Origin: Eledone cirrhosa
Taxonomy: Eukaryota
Assembly (NCBI GenBank): GCA_964016885.1
Contig: OZ024743.1
Location: forward strand, 138,012,001-138,076,000
Length of the DNA: 64,000 nt
Direction of reading: 5' to 3'
Part shown: one piece after another, positions 47,452 to 61,000 of the stretch
Numbering within the stretch: position 1 is the first letter of the stretch
How the letters are laid out: each line of letters starts with the position of its first letter
Made by a program: the position numbers and the translations under genes
Notes under the pieces: generated by a model
Told to the model about the DNA's origin: nothing
The model's input: only the letters and a program-made list of their open reading frames with translations
Databases searched by the model: none

Positions 47452-50400
47452 TTGGTGCTTGGTGCTTGGTGTTTGGTGCTTGGTGTTTGGTGCTTGGTGC
47501 CTGGTGCTTGGTGTTTGGTGCTTGGTGCTTGCTGTTTGGTTTTTGGTGCTTTGTGTTTGGTGTTTGCTGTTTGGTGTTTGCTGTTTGGTGTTTGGTGTTT
47601 GGTGCTGGCTGTTTGGTGCTTGGTGCTTGGTATTTGGTGTTTGGTGCTTGGTGTTTGGTGCTTGGTGCTTGGTGCTGGGTGTTTGGTGCTTGGTGCTTGG
47701 TGTTTGGTGCTTGGTGCTTGGTGCTTGGTGCTTGGTGTTTGGTGCTTGGTGCTTGGTCTTTGGTGCTTGGGTTTTGGTGTTTGGTGCTTGGTGCTTGGTG
47801 TTTGGTGCTTGGTGCTTGGTGCTTGGTGTTTGGTGCTTGCTGCTTGGTGCTTGGTGTTTGGTCCTTAGTGCTTGGTGATTAGTGTTTGGTGATTGGTGCT
47901 TGGGGTTTGGTGTTTGGGGCTTGGTGTTTGGTGCTTAGTGCTTGCTGTTTGGTGTTTGGTATTTGGTTCTTGGTGCTTGGTGTTTGGTGTTTGGTGTTTG
48001 GTGGTTGGTGCTTGGTGCTTGGTGTTTGGTGCTTGGTGCTTGGTGCTTGGTGTTTGGTGCTGCGTGCTTGGTGTTTGGTGTTTGGTGCTTGGTGCCTGGT
48101 GCTTGTTGTTTGGTGTTTCGTGCTTAGTGCTTGGTGTTTGGTGTTTGGTGCTTGGTGCTTGGTGGCTGGTGTTTGGTGCTTGGTGTTTGGAGTTTGGTGC
48201 TTGGTGCTTGGTGCCTGGTGTTTCGTGCTTGGTGCTTGGTGCTTGGTGTTTGGTGTTTGCTGCTTGGTGTTTGGTGTTTGGTACTTGGTGCTTGGTGCTT
48301 GGTGCTTGGTGTTTGGTGCTTGGTGTTTGATGCTGCGTGCTTTGTGTTTGGTGTTTGGTGCTTGGTGCTTGGTGTTTGGCGTTTGGAGCTTGGTGCCTGG
48401 TGCTTGTTGTTTGGTGTTTGGCTCTTGGTGCTTGGTGTTTGGTGTTTGGTGCTTTGTGCTTGGTGCTTGGTATCTGGTGTTTGGTGCTTGATGTTTGGTG
48501 TTTGGTGCTTGGTGTTTGGTGTTTGGTGCTTGGTGCTTGGTGTTTGGTGCTTGGTGTTTGGTGTTTGGTGTTTGATGCTTGGTGTTTGCTGCTTGGTGCT
48601 TGGTGCTTGGTGTTTTGTGTTTGGTGCTTGGTGCTTGGTGCTTGGTGCCTGGTGCTTGGTGCTTGGTGCTTGTTGTTTGGTGCTTGTTGCTTGGTGATAA
48701 GTGTTTGGTGCTTGGTGCTTGCGGTTTGGTGTTTGGTGCTTGGGGTTTGGTGTTTGGTGCTTGGTGCTTGGTGTTTGGTGCTTGGTGCTTGGTGCTTGGT
48801 GTTTGGTGCTTGGTGCTTGGTGTTTGGTGCTTGGTGCTTGGTGTTTGGTGTTTGGCGTTTGCTGTTTGCTGTTTGGTGTTTGGTGCTTGCTGTTTGGTGC
48901 TTGGTGCTTGGTGTTTGGTGTTTGGTGTTTGGTGCTTGGTGCTTGGTGTTTGGTGCTTGGTGCTTGGTGCTGGGTGTTTGGTGCTTGGTGCTTGGTGTTT
49001 GGTGCTTGGTGCTTGGTGCTTGGTGTTTGGTCCTTGGTTCTTGGTGCTTGGTGCGTGGTGTTTGGTGATTGCTGCTTGGTGCTTGGTGTTTGGTGCTTGG
49101 TGCTTGGTGATTAGTGTTTGGTGATTGGTGCTTGGTGTTTGGTGTTTGGTGCTTTGTGCTTGGTGCTTGGTATCAGGTGTTTGGTGCTTGATGTTTGGTG
49201 TTTGGTGCTTGGTGTTTGGTGTTTGGTGCTTGGTGCTTGGTGTTTGGTGCTTGGTGCTTGCTGTTTGGTGTTTGGTGTTTGGTTCTTGGTGCTTGGTGTT
49301 TGGTGTTTGGTGTCTGGTGCTTGGTGCTTGGTGCTTGGTGTTTGGTGCTTGGTGCTTGGTGCTTGGTGTTTGGTGCTGCGTGCTTGGTGTTTGGTGTTTG
49401 GTGCTTGGTGCCTGGTGCTTGTTGTTTGGTGTTTGGTGCTTAGTGCTTGGTGTTTGGTGTTTGGTGCTTGGTGCTTGGTGGCTGGTGCTTGGTGCTTGGT
49501 GTTTGGAGTTTGGTGCTTGGTGCTTGGTGCCTGGTGTTTCGTGCTTGGTGCTTGGTGCTTGGTGTTTGGTGTTTGGTGCTTGGTGTTTGGTGTTTGGTAC
49601 TTGGTGCTTGGTGCTTGGTGCTTGGTGTTTGGTGCTTGGTGTTTGATGCTGCGTGCTTGGTGTTTGGTGTTTGGTGCTTGGTGCTTGGTGTTTGGTGTTT
49701 GGAGCTTGGTTCCTGCTGCTTGTTGTTTGGTGTTTGGTGCTTGGTGCTTGGTGTTTGGTGTTTGGTGCTTGGTGCTTGGTGCTTGGTATCTGGTGTTTGG
49801 TGCTTGATGTTTGGTGTTTGGTGCTTGGTGCTTGGTGCTTGGTGTTTGGTGTTTGGTGCTTGGTGCTTGGTGTTTGGTGCTTGGTGTTTGGTGTTTGGTG
49901 TTTGATGCTTGGTGTTTGCTGCTTGGTGCTTGGTGCTTGGTGTTTTGTGTTTGGTGCTTGGTGCCTGGTGCCTGGTGCTTGGTGCTTGGTGCTTGTTGTT
50001 TGGTCCTTGGTGCTTGGTGATTAGTGTTTGGTGCTTGGTGCTTGCGGTTTGATGTTTGGTGCTTGGGGTTTGGTGTTTGGTGCTTGGTGCTTGGTGTTTG
50101 GTGCTTGGTGCTTGGTGCTTGGTGTTTGGTGCTTGGTGCTTGGTGTTAGGTGTTTGGTGCTTGGTGCTTGGTGTTTGATGTTTGGTCCTTGGTGCTTTGT
50201 ATTTGGTGTTTGGTGCTTGGTGCTTGGTGTTTGGTGTTTGGTGCTTGCTGCTTGCTGCTTGGTGTTTGGTGCTTGGTGATTGGTGCTTGGTGTTTTGTGC
50301 TTGGTGCTTGGTGTTTGGTGTTTGGTGCTAGGGGCTTGGTGCTTGGTGCTTGGTGTTCAGTGCCTGGTGCTTGCTGTTTGGTGTTTGGTGCTTGGTGCGT

Positions 50401-53400
50401 GGGACATAGTGTTTGGTGTTTGGTGCTTGGTGTTTGGTGATTGGTGTTTGGTGCTTGGTGTTTGGGGCTTGGTGTTCGGTGCTTGGTGCTTGGTGCTTGG
50501 GGCTTGGTGTTTGGTGTTTGGTGCTTGGTGCTTGGTGTTTGATCTTGGGTCCTTGGTGCTTGGTCTTTGGTGTTTGGTGCTTGGTGCTTGGTGTTTGGTG
50601 CTTGGTGCTTGGTGTTTTGTGTTTGGTGCTTGGTGCTTGGGGCTTGGTGTTTGGTGCTTGGTGCTTGGTTTTTGGTGCTTGGTGCTTGGGGCTTGGTAGT
50701 TGGTGCTTGGTGCTTGGTGCCTGGTGTTTTGTGTTTGGTGTTTGGTGCTTGGTGTTTGGTGCTTGGTGCTTGGTGCTGGGTGGTTGGTGTTTGGTGTTTG
50801 GTGTTTGGTGCTTGGTGTTTGGTGCTTGGTGTTTGGTGCTTGGTGCTTGGTGCTTGTTGTTTGGTGCTTGGTGCTTGGTGCTTGGTCTTTGGTGCATGGT
50901 GTTTGGTGTTTGGCGCTTGGTGATTAGTGTTTGTTGCTTGGTGCTTGGTGTTTGGTGTTTGGTGTTTGCTGTTTGGTGTCTGCTTTTTGGTGTTTGGTGT
51001 TTGCTGTATGGTGTTTGCTGTTTCGTATTTGGTTTTTGCTGTTTGGTGTTTGGTGTTTGCTGTTTTGTGTTTGCTGTTTGGTGCTTGGTGCTTGGTGCTT
51101 GGTGTTTGGCGTTTGGTGCTTGGAGCTTGGTGTTTGGTGCTTGGTGCTTGGTGTTTGGTGTTTGGTGCTTGGTGCCTGGTGCTTGTTGTATGGTGTTTGG
51201 TGCTTGGTGCTTGGTGTTTGGTGTTTGCTGCTTGGTGTCTGGTGTTTGGTGTTTGGTGTTTGGTGCTTGGTGCTTGGTGCTTGGTGCTTGGTGTTTGGTG
51301 TTTGGTGCTTGGTGCTTGGTGTCTGGTGTTTGGTGCTGGGTGCATGGAGTTTGGTGCTTGGTGCTTAGTGCTTGGTGTTTGGTGTTTGGTGCTTGGTATT
51401 TGGTGTTTGGTGTTTGATGCTTGGTGTGTGGTGCTTGGTGATTGGTGTTTTGTGTTTGGTGCTTGGTGCTTGGTGCCTGGTGCTTGGTGCTTGGTGCTTG
51501 TTGTTTGGTGCTTGGTGCTTGGTAATAAGTGTTTGGTGCTTGGTCCTTGGGGTTTGCTGTTTGGTGCGTGGAGCTTGGTATTTGGTGCTTGGTGCTTGGT
51601 GTTTGGTGTTTGGTGCTTGGGGTTTGGTGTTTGGTGCTTGGTGCTTGGTGTTTGGTGCTTGGTGCTTGGTGTTTGGTGCTTGGTGCTTTGTGTTTGGTGC
51701 TTGGTGTTTGGTGCTTGGTGCTTGGTGCTTGGTGCTTGGTGTTAGGTGTTTGGTGCTTGGTGATTGGTGTTTGATGTTAGGTTCTTGGTGCTTGGTGTTT
51801 GGTGTTTGGTGCTTGGTACTTGGTGTTTGGTGTTTGGTGGTTGCTGCTTGGTGCTTGGTGTTTTGTGTTTGGAGTTTGGTGCTTGGTGTTTGGTGCTTCG
51901 GTCTTGGTGTTTGGTGTTTGGTGATTGCTGCTTGTTGCTTGGTGTTTGGTGCTTGGTGCTTGGTGATTAGTGTTTGGTGATTGGTGCTTGGGGTTTGCTG
52001 TTTGGTGCTTGGTGTTTGGTGCTTGGTGCTTGCTGTTTGGTGTTTGGTGTTTGGTTCTGGTGCTTGGTGCTTGGTGTTTGGTGCTTGGTGCTTGGTGCTT
52101 GGTGCTTGGTGTTTGGTGCTTGGTGTTTGATGCTGCGTGCTTGGTGTTTGGTGTTTGGTGCTTGGTGCTTGGTGTTTGGTGTTTGGAGCTTGATTCCTGC
52201 TGCTTGTTGTTTGGTGTTTGGTGGTTGGTGCTTGGTGTTTGGTGTTTGGTGCTTGGTGCTTGGTGCTTGGTATCTGGTGTTTGGTGCTTGGTGTTTGGTG
52301 TTTGGTGCTTGGTGCTTGGTGTTTGGTGCTTGGTGTTTGGTGTTTGGTGTTTGATGCTTGGTGTTTGCTGCTTGGTGCTTGGTGCTTGGTGTTTTGTGTT
52401 TGGTGCTTGGTGCCTGGTGCCTGGTGCTTGGTGCTTGGTGCTTGTTGTTTGGTGCTTGGTGCTTGGTGATTAGTGTTTGGTGCTTGGTGCTTGCGGTTTG
52501 ATGTTTGGTGCTTGGGGTTTGGTGTTTGGTGCTTGGTGCTTGGTGTTTGGTGCTTGGTGCTTGGTGCTTGGTGTTTGGTGCTTGGTGCTTGGTGTTAGGT
52601 GTTTGGTGCTTGGTGCTTGGTGTTTGATGTTTGGTCCTTGGTGCTTGGTGTTTGGTGTTTGGTGCTTGGTGCTTGGTGTTTGGTGTTTGGTGCTTGCTGC
52701 TTGCTGCTTGGTGTTTGGTGCTTGGTGATTGGTGCTTGGTGTTTTGTGCTTGGTGCTTGGTGCTTGGTATCTGGTGTTTGGTGCTTGGTGTTTGGTGTTT
52801 GGTGCTTGGTGCTTGGTGTTTGGTGCTTGGTGTTTGGTGTTTGGTTTTTTGATGCTTGGTGTTTGCTGCTTGGTGCTTGGTGCTTGGTGTTTTGTGTTTG
52901 GTGCTTGGTGCTTGGTGCTTGGTATCTGGTGTTTGGTGCTTGGTGTTTGGTGTTTGGTGCTTGGTGCTTGGTGTTTGGTGCTTGGTGTTTGGTGTTTGGT
53001 GTTTGATGCTTGGTGTTTGCTGCTTGGTGCTTGGTGCTTGGTGTTTTGTGTTTGGTGCTTGGTGCCTGGTGCCTGGTGCTTGGTGCTTGGTGCTTGTTGT
53101 TTGGTGCTTGGTGCTTGGTGATTAGTGTTTGGTGCTTGGTGCTTGCGGTTTGATGTTTGGTGCTTAGGGTTTGGTGTTTGGTGCTTGGTGCTTGGTGTTT
53201 GGTGCTTGGTGCTTGGTGCTTGGTGTTTGGTGCTTGGTGCTTGGTGTTAGGTGTTTGGTGCTTGGTGCTTGGTGTTTGATGTTTGGTCCTTGGTGCTTGG
53301 TGTTTGGTGTTTGGTGCTTGGTGCTTGGTGTTTGGTGTTTGGTGCTTGCTGCTTGCTGCTTGGTGTTTGGTGCTTGGTGATTGGTGCTTGGTGTTTTGTG

Positions 53401-55939
53401 CTTGGTGCTTGGTGTTTGGTGTTTGGTGCTAGGGGCTTGGTGCTTGGTGCTTGGTGTTTGGTGCCTGGTGCTTGCTGTTTGGTTTTTGGTGCTTGGTGCG
53501 TGGGACATTGTGTTTGGTGTTTGGTGCTTGGTGTTTGGTGATTGGTGTTTGGTGCTTGGTGTTTGGGGCTTGGTGTTCGGTGCTTGGTGCTTGGTGCTTG
53601 GGGCTTGGTGTTTGGTGTTTGGTGATTGGTGCTTGGTGTTTGATCTTGGGTCCTTGGTGCTTGGTCTTTGGTGTTTGGTGCTTGGTGCTTGGTGTTTGGT
53701 GCTTGGTGCTTGGTGTTTGGTGTTTGGTGCTTGGTGCTTGGGGCTTGGTGTTTGGTGCTTGGTGCTTGGTGTTTGGTGCTTGGTGCTTGGGGCTTGGTAG
53801 TTGGTGCTTGGTGCTTGGTGCCTGGTGTTTGGTGTTTGGAGTTTGGTGCTTGGTGTTTGGTGCTTGGTGCTTGGTGCTGGGTGGTTGGTGTTTGGTGCTT
53901 GGTGCTTGGTGTTTGGTGCTTGGTGCTTGGTGCTTGTTGTTTGGTGCTTGGTGCTTGGTGCTTGGTCTTTGGTGCATGGGGTTTGGTGTTTGGCGCTTGG
54001 TGCTTGGTGCTTGGTGTTTGGTGCTTGGTGCTTGGTGCTTGGTGTTTGGTGCTTGGTTCTTGGTGATTAGTGTTTTGTTGCTTGGTGCTTGGGGTTTGGT
54101 GGTTGGTCCTTGGTGCTTGGTGTTTGGTGTTTGGTGTTTGGTGTTTGGTGTTTGCTGTTTGGTGTCTGCTTTTTGGTGTTTGGTGTTTGCTGTTTCGTAT
54201 TTGGTTTTTGCTGTTTGGTGTTTGGTGTTTGCTGTTTTGTGTTTGGTGTTTGGTGCTTGGTGCTTGGTGCTTGGTGTTTGGCGTTTGGTGCTTGGAGCTT
54301 GGTGTTTGGTGCTTGGTGCTTGGTGTTTGGTGTTTGGTGCTTGGTGCCTGGTGCTTGTTGTATGGTGTTTGGTGCTTGGTGCTTGGTGTTTGGTGTTTGC
54401 TGCTTGGTGTCTGGTGTTTGGTGCTTGGTGTTTGGTGCTTGGTGCTTGGTGTTTGGTGCTTGGTGTTTGGTGTTTGGTGCTTGGTGCTTGGTGTTTGGTG
54501 TTTGGTGCTGGGTGCATGGAGTTTGGTGCTTGGTGCTTAGTGCTTGGTGTTTGGTGTTTGGTGCTTGGTATTTGGTGTTTGGTGTTTGATGCTTGGTGTG
54601 TGGTGCTTGGTGATTGGTGTTTTGTGTTTGGTGCTTGGTGCTTGGTGCCTGGTGCTTGGTGCTTGGTGCTTGTTGTTTGGTGCTTGGTGCTTGGTGATTA
54701 GTGTTTGGTGCTTGGTCCTTGGGGTTTGCTGTTTGGTGCGTGGAGCTTGGTATTTGGTGCTTGGTGCTTGGTGTTTAGTGTTTGGTGCTTGGGGTTTGGT
54801 GTTTGGTGCTTGGTGCTTGGTATTTGGTGCTTGGTGCTTGGTGTTTGGTGCTTGGTGCTTTGTGTTTGGTGCTTGGTGTTTGGTGCTTGGTGCTTGGTGC
54901 TTGGTGCTTGGTGTTAGGTGTTTGGTGCTTGGTGATTGGTGTTTGATGTTAGGTTCTTGGTGCTTGGTGTTTGGTGTTTGGTGCTTGGTACTTGGTGTTT
55001 GGTGTTTGGTGGTTGCTGCTTGGTGCTTGGTGTTTTGTGTTTGGAGTTTGGTGCTTGGTGTTTGGTGCTTCGGTCTTGGTGTTTGGTGTTTGGTGATTGC
55101 TGCTTGTTGCTTGGTGTTTGGTGCTTGGTGCTTGGTGATTAGTGTTTGGTGATTGGTGGTTGGGTTTTGCTGTTTGGTGCTTGGTGTTTGGTGCTTGGTG
55201 CTTGCTGTTTGGTGTTTGGTGTTTGGTTCTTGGTGCTTGGTGTTTGGTGTTTGGTGTCTGGTGCTTGGTGCTTGGTGCTTGGTGTTTGGTGCTTGGTGCT
55301 TGGTGCTTGGTGCTTGGTGTTTGGTGCTTGGTGTTTGATGCTGCGTGCTTGGTGTTTGGTGTTTGGTGCTTGGTGCTTGGTGTTTGGTGTTTGGAGCTTG
55401 GTTCCTGCTGCTTGTTGTTTGGTGTTTGGTGCTTGGTGCTTGGTGTTTGGTGTTTGGTGCTTGGTGCTTGGTGCTTGGTATCTGGTGTTTGGTGCTTGGT
55501 GTTTGGTGTTTGCTGCTTGGTGCTTGGTGTTTGGTGCTTGGTGTTTGGTGTTTGGTGTTTGATGCTTGGTGTTTGCTGCTTGGTGCTTGGTGCTTGGTGT
55601 TTTGTGTTTGGTGCTTGGTGCCTGGTGCCTGGTGCTTGGTGCTTGGTGCTTGTTGTTTGGTGCTTGGTGCTTGGTGATTAGTGTTTGGTGCTTGGTGCTT
55701 GCGGTTTGATGTTTGGTGCTTGGGGTTTGGTGTTTGGTGCTTGGTGCTTGGTGTTTGGTGCTTGGTGCTTGGTGCTTGGTGTTTGGTGCTTGGTGCTTGG
55801 TGTTAGGTGTTTGGTGCTTGGTGCTTGGTGTTTGATGTTTGGTCCTTGGTGCTTGGTGTTTGGTGTTTGGTGCTTGGTGCTTGGTGTTTGGTGTTTGGTG
55901 CTTGCTGCTTGCTGCTTGGTGTTTGGTGCTTGGTGATTG

Positions 55940-56260
55940 GTGCTTGGTGTTTTGTGCTTGGTGCTTGGTGCTTGGTATCTGGTGTTTGGTGCTTGGTGTT
56001 TGGTGTTTGGTGCTTGGTGCTTGGTGTTTGGTGCTTGGTGTTTGGTGTTTGGTGTTTGATGCTTGGTGTTTGCTGCTTGGTGCTTGGTGCTTGGTGTTTT
56101 GTGTTTGGTGCTTGGTGCTTGGTGCTTGGTATCTGGTGTTTGGTGCTTGGTGTTTGGTGTTTGGTGCTTGGTGCTTGGTGTTTGGTGCTTGGTGTTTGGT
56201 GTTTGGTGTTTGATGCTTGGTGTTTGCTGCTTGGTGCTTGGTGCTTGGTGTTTTGTGTTT
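55940..56260 (+). repeat. Local 154-bp (22-unit) tandem duplication inside a ~651-bp duplication; sister copy near 52.7-53.05 kb
   Basis: ttggtat-ctggtgt at 55972/56126 (154) and 52764/52919 (155, with one extra T). ORF ends 52473/53125 and 55681/56332 give the ~651-bp spacing. Confidence 0.8.
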
Positions 56261-58085
56261 GGTGCTTGGTGCCTGGTGCCTGGCGCTTGGTGCTTGGTGC
56301 TTGTTGTTTGGTGCTTGGTGCTTGGTGATTAGTGTTTGGTGCTTGGTGCTTGCGGTTTGATGTTTGGTGCTTGGGGTTTGGTGTTTGGTGCTTGGTGCTT
56401 GGTGTTTGGTGCTTGGTGCTTGGTGCTTGGTGTTTGGTGCTTGGTGCTTGGTGTTAGGTGTTTGGTGCTTGGTGCTTGGTGTTTGGTGTTTGGTGCTTGC
56501 TGCTTGCTGCTTGGTGTTTGGTGCTTGGTGATTGGTGCTTGGTGTTTTGTGCTTGGTGCTTGGTGTTTGGTGTTTGGTGCTAGGGGCTTGGTGCTTGGTG
56601 CTTGGTATTTGGTGCCTGGTGCTTGCTGTTTGGTTTTTGGTGCTTGGTGCGTGGGACATAGTGTTTGGTGTTTGGTGCTTGGTGTTTGGTGATTGGTGTT
56701 TGGTGCTTGGTGTTTGGGGCTTGGTGTTCGGTGCTTGGTGCTTGGTGCTTGGGGCTTGGTGTTTGGTGTTTGGTGCTTGGTGCTTGGTGTTTGATCTTGG
56801 GTCCTTGGTGCTTGGTCTTTGGTGTTTGGTGCTTGGTGCTTGGTGTTTGGTGCTTGGTGCTTGGTGTTTAGTGTTTGGTGCTTGGTGCTTGGGGCTTGGT
56901 GTTTGGTGCTTGGTGCTTGGTGTTTGGTGCTTGGTGCTTGGGGCTTGGTAGTTGGTGCTTGGTGCTTGGTGCCTGGTGTTTGGTGTTTGGAGTTTGGTGC
57001 TTGGTGTTTGGTGCTTGGTGCTTGGTGCTGGGTGGTTGGTGTTTGGTGCTTGGTGCTTGGTGTTTGGTGCTTGGTGCTTGGTGCTTGTTGTTTGGTGCTT
57101 GGTGCTTGGTGCTTGGTCTTTGGTGCATGGTGTTTGGTGTTTGGCGCTTGGTGCTTGGTGCTTGGTGTTTGGTGCTTGGTGCTTGGTGCTTGGTGTTTGG
57201 TGCTTGGTTCTTGGTGATTAGTGTTTGTTGCTTGGTGCTTGGGGTTTGGTGGTTTGTCCTTGGTGCTTGGTGTTTGGTGTTTGGTGTTTGGTGTTTGGTG
57301 TTTGCTGTTTGGTGTCTGCTTTTTGGTGTTTGGTGTTTGCTGTATGGGGTTTGCTGTTTCGTATTTGGTTTTTGCTGTTTGGTGTTTGGTGTTTGGTGTT
57401 TGGTGCATGGTGCCTGGTGCTTGTTGTATGGTGTTTGGTGCTTGGTGCTTGGTGTTTGGTGTTTGCTGCTTGGTGTCTGGTGTTTGGTGCTTGGTGTTTG
57501 GTGTTTGGTGCTTGGTGCTTGGTGCTTGGTGTTTGGTATTTGGTGCTTGGTGCTTGGTGTTTGGTGTTTGGTGCTGGGTGCATGGAGTTTGGTGCTTTGT
57601 GCTTAGTGCTTGGTGTTTGGTGTTTGGTGCTTGGTATTTGGTGTTTGGTGTTTGATGCTTGGTGTGTGGTGCTTGGTGCTTGGTGTTTTGTGTTTGGTGC
57701 TTGGTGCTTGGTGCCTGGTGCTTGGTGCTTGGTGCTTGTTGTTTGGTGCTTGGTGCTTGGTGATTAGTGTTTGGTGCTTGGTCCTTGGGGTTTGCTGTTT
57801 GGTGCGTGGAGCTTGGTATTTGGTGCTTGGTGCTTGGTGTTTGGTGTTTGGTGCTTGGGGTTTGGTGTTTGGTGCTTGGTGCTTGGTGTTTGGTGCTTGG
57901 TGCTTGGTGTTTGGTGCTTGGTGCTTTGTGTTTGGTGCTTGGTGTTTGGTGCTTGGTGCTTGGTGCTTGGTGCTTGGTGTTAGGTGTTTGGTGCTTGGTG
58001 ATTGGTGTTTGATGTTACGTTCTTGGTGCTTGGTGTTTGGTGTTTGGTGCTTGGTACTTGGTGTTTGGTGTTTGGTGGTTGCTGC

Positions 58086-61000
58086 TTGGTGCTTGGTGTT
58101 TTGTGTTTGGAGTTTGGTGCTTGGTGTTTGGTGCTTCGGTCTTGGTGTTTGGTGTTTGGTGATTGCTGCTTGGTGCTTGGTGTTTGGTGCTTGGTGCTTG
58201 GTGATTTGTGTTTGGTGCTTGGTGTTTGGTGCTTGGTGCTTGCTGTTTAGTGTTTGGTGTTTGGTTCTTGGTGCTTGGTGTTTGGTGTTTGGTGTCTGGT
58301 GCTTGGTGCTTGGTGCTTGGTGTTTGGTGCTTGGTGCTTGGTGCTTGGTGTTTGGTGCTGCGTGCTTGGTGTTTGGTGTTTGGTGCTTGGTGCCTGGTGC
58401 TTGTTGTTTGGTGTTTGGTGCTTAGTGCTTGGTGTTTGGTGTTTGGTGCTTGGTGCTTGGTGGCTGGTGCTTGGTGCTTGGTGTTTGGAGTTTGGTGCTT
58501 GGTGCTTGGTGCCTGGTGTTTCGTGCTTGGTGCTTGGTGCTTGGTGTTTGGTGTTTAGTGCTTGGTGTTTGGTGTTTGGTACTTGGTGCTTGGTGCTTGG
58601 TGCTTGGTGTTTGGTGCTTGGTGTTTGATGCTGCGTGCTTGGTGTTTGGTGTTTGGTGCTTGGTGCTTGGTGTTTGGTGTTTGGAGCTTGGTTCCTGCTG
58701 CTTGTTGTTTGGTGTTTGGTGCTTGGTGCTTGGTGTTTGGTGTTTGGTGCTTGGTGTTTGGTGCTTGGTATCTGGTGTTTGGTGCTTGATGTTTGGTGTT
58801 TGGTGCTTGGTGCTTGGTGCTTGGTGTTTGGTGTTTGGTGCTTGGTGCTTGGTGTTTGGTGCTTGGTGTTTGGTGTTTGGTGTTTGATGCTTGGTGTTTG
58901 CTGCTTGGTGCTTGGTGCTTGGTGTTTTGTGTTTGGTGCTTGGTGCCTGGTGCCTGGTGCTTGGTGCTTGGTGCTTGTTGTTTGGTGCTTGGTGCTTGGT
59001 GATTAGTGTTTGGTGCTTGGTGCTTGCGGTTTGATGTTTGGTGCCTGGGGTTTGGAGTTTGGTGCTTGGTGCTTGGTGTTTGGTGCTTGGTGCTTGGTGT
59101 TTGGTGTTTGGTGCTTGGTGCTTGGTGTTTGGTGCTTGGTGCTTGGTGTTTGGTGCTTGGTGTTTGGTGCTTGGTGCTTGGTGCTTGGTGCTTGGTGTTA
59201 GGTGTTTGGTGCTTGGTGCTTCGTGTTTGATGTTTGGTCCTTGGTGTTTGGTGTTTGGTGCTTGCTGCTTGCTGCTTGGTGTTTGGTGCTTGGTGATTGG
59301 TGCTTGGTGTTTTGTGCTTGGTGCTTGATGTTTGGTGTTTGGTGCTAGGGGCTTGGTGCTTGGTGCTTGGTGTTTGGTGCTTGGTGCTTGCTGTTTGGTG
59401 TTTGGTGCTTGGTGCTTGGTGCTTGGTGTTTGGTGCTTGGTGCTTGCTGTTTGGTGTTTGGTCCTTGGTGCTTGGTGTTTGGTGTTTGGTGCTTGGTGCT
59501 TGGTGTTTGGTGCTTGGTGCTTGGTGTTTGGTGTTTGGTGGTTGGTGCTTGGGGCTTGGTGTTTGGTGCTTGGTGCTTGGTGTTTGGTGCTTGGTGCTTG
59601 GGGCTTGGTAGTTGGTGCTTGGTGCTTGGTGCCTGGTGTTTGGTGTTTGGTGTTTGGTGCTTGGTGTTTGGTGCTTGGTGCTTGGTGCTGGGTGGTTGGT
59701 GTTTGGTGCTTGGTGCTTGGTGTTTGGTGCTTGGTGCTTGGTGCTTGTTGTTTGGTGCTTGGTGCTTGGTGCTTGGTCTTTGGTGCATGGTGTTTGGTGT
59801 TTGGCGCTTGGTGCTTGGTGCTTGGTGTTTGGTGCTTGGTGCTTGGTGCTTGGTGTTTGGTGCTTGGTTCTTGGTGATTAGTGTTTGTTGCTTGGTGCTT
59901 GGGGTTTGGTGGTTGGCGCTTGGTGTTTGGTGTTTGGTGTTTGGTGTTTGGTGTTTGGTGTTTGCTGTTTGGTGTCTGCTTTTTGGTGTTTGGTGTTTGC
60001 TGTATGGTGTTTGCTGTTTCGTATTTGGTTTTTGCTGTTTGGTGTTTGGTGTTTGCTGTTTTGTGTTTGGTGTTTGGTGCTTGGTGCTTGGTGCTTGGTG
60101 TTTGGCGTTTGGTGCTTGGAGCTTGGTGTTTGGTGCTTGGTGATTGGTGTTTGGTGTTTGGTGCTTGGTGCCTGGTGCTTGTTGTATGGTGTTTGGTGCT
60201 TGGTGCTTGCTGTTTGGTGTTTGCTGCTTGGTGTCTGGTGTTTGGTGCTTGGTGTTTGGTGTTTGGTGCTTGGTGCTTGGTGCTTGGTGTTTGGTGTTTG
60301 GTGCTTGGTGTTTGGTGTTTGGTGCTGGGTGCATGGAGTTTGGTGCTTGGTGCTTAGTGCTTGGTGTTTGGTGTTTGGTGCTTGGTATTTGGTGTTTCGT
60401 GTTTGATGCTTGGTGTGTGGTGCTTGGTGCTTGGTGTTTTGTGTTTGGTGCTTGGTGCTTGGTGCCTGGTGCTTGGTGCTTGGTGCTTGTTGTTTGGTGC
60501 TTGGTGCTTGGTGATTAGTGTTTGGTGCTTGGTCCTTGGGGTTTGCTGTTTGGTGCGTGGTGCTTGGTATTTGGTGCTTGGTGCTTGGTGTTTGGTGTTT
60601 GGTGCTTGGAGTTTGGTGTTTGGTGCTTGGTGCTTGGTGCTTGGTGTTTGGTGCTTGGTGCTTGGTGTTTGGTGCTTGGTGCTTTGTGTTTGGTGCTTGG
60701 TGTTTGGTGCTTGGTGCTTGGTGCTTGGTGCTTGGTGTTAGGTGTTTGGTGCTTGGTGATTGGTGTTTGATGTTAGGTTCTTGGTGCTTGGTGTTTGGTG
60801 TTTGGTGCTTGGTGCTTGGTGGTTGGTGTTTGGTGCTTGGTGTTTTGTGTTTGGAGTTTGGTGCTTGGTGTTTGGTGCTTCGGTCTTGGTGTTTGGTGTT
60901 TGGTGCTTGGTGCTTGGTGTTTGGTGTTTGGTGCCTGGTGCTTGGTGTTTGGTGGTTGATGTTTGGTGTTTGGTGATTGGTGCTTGGTGTTTGGTGCTTG

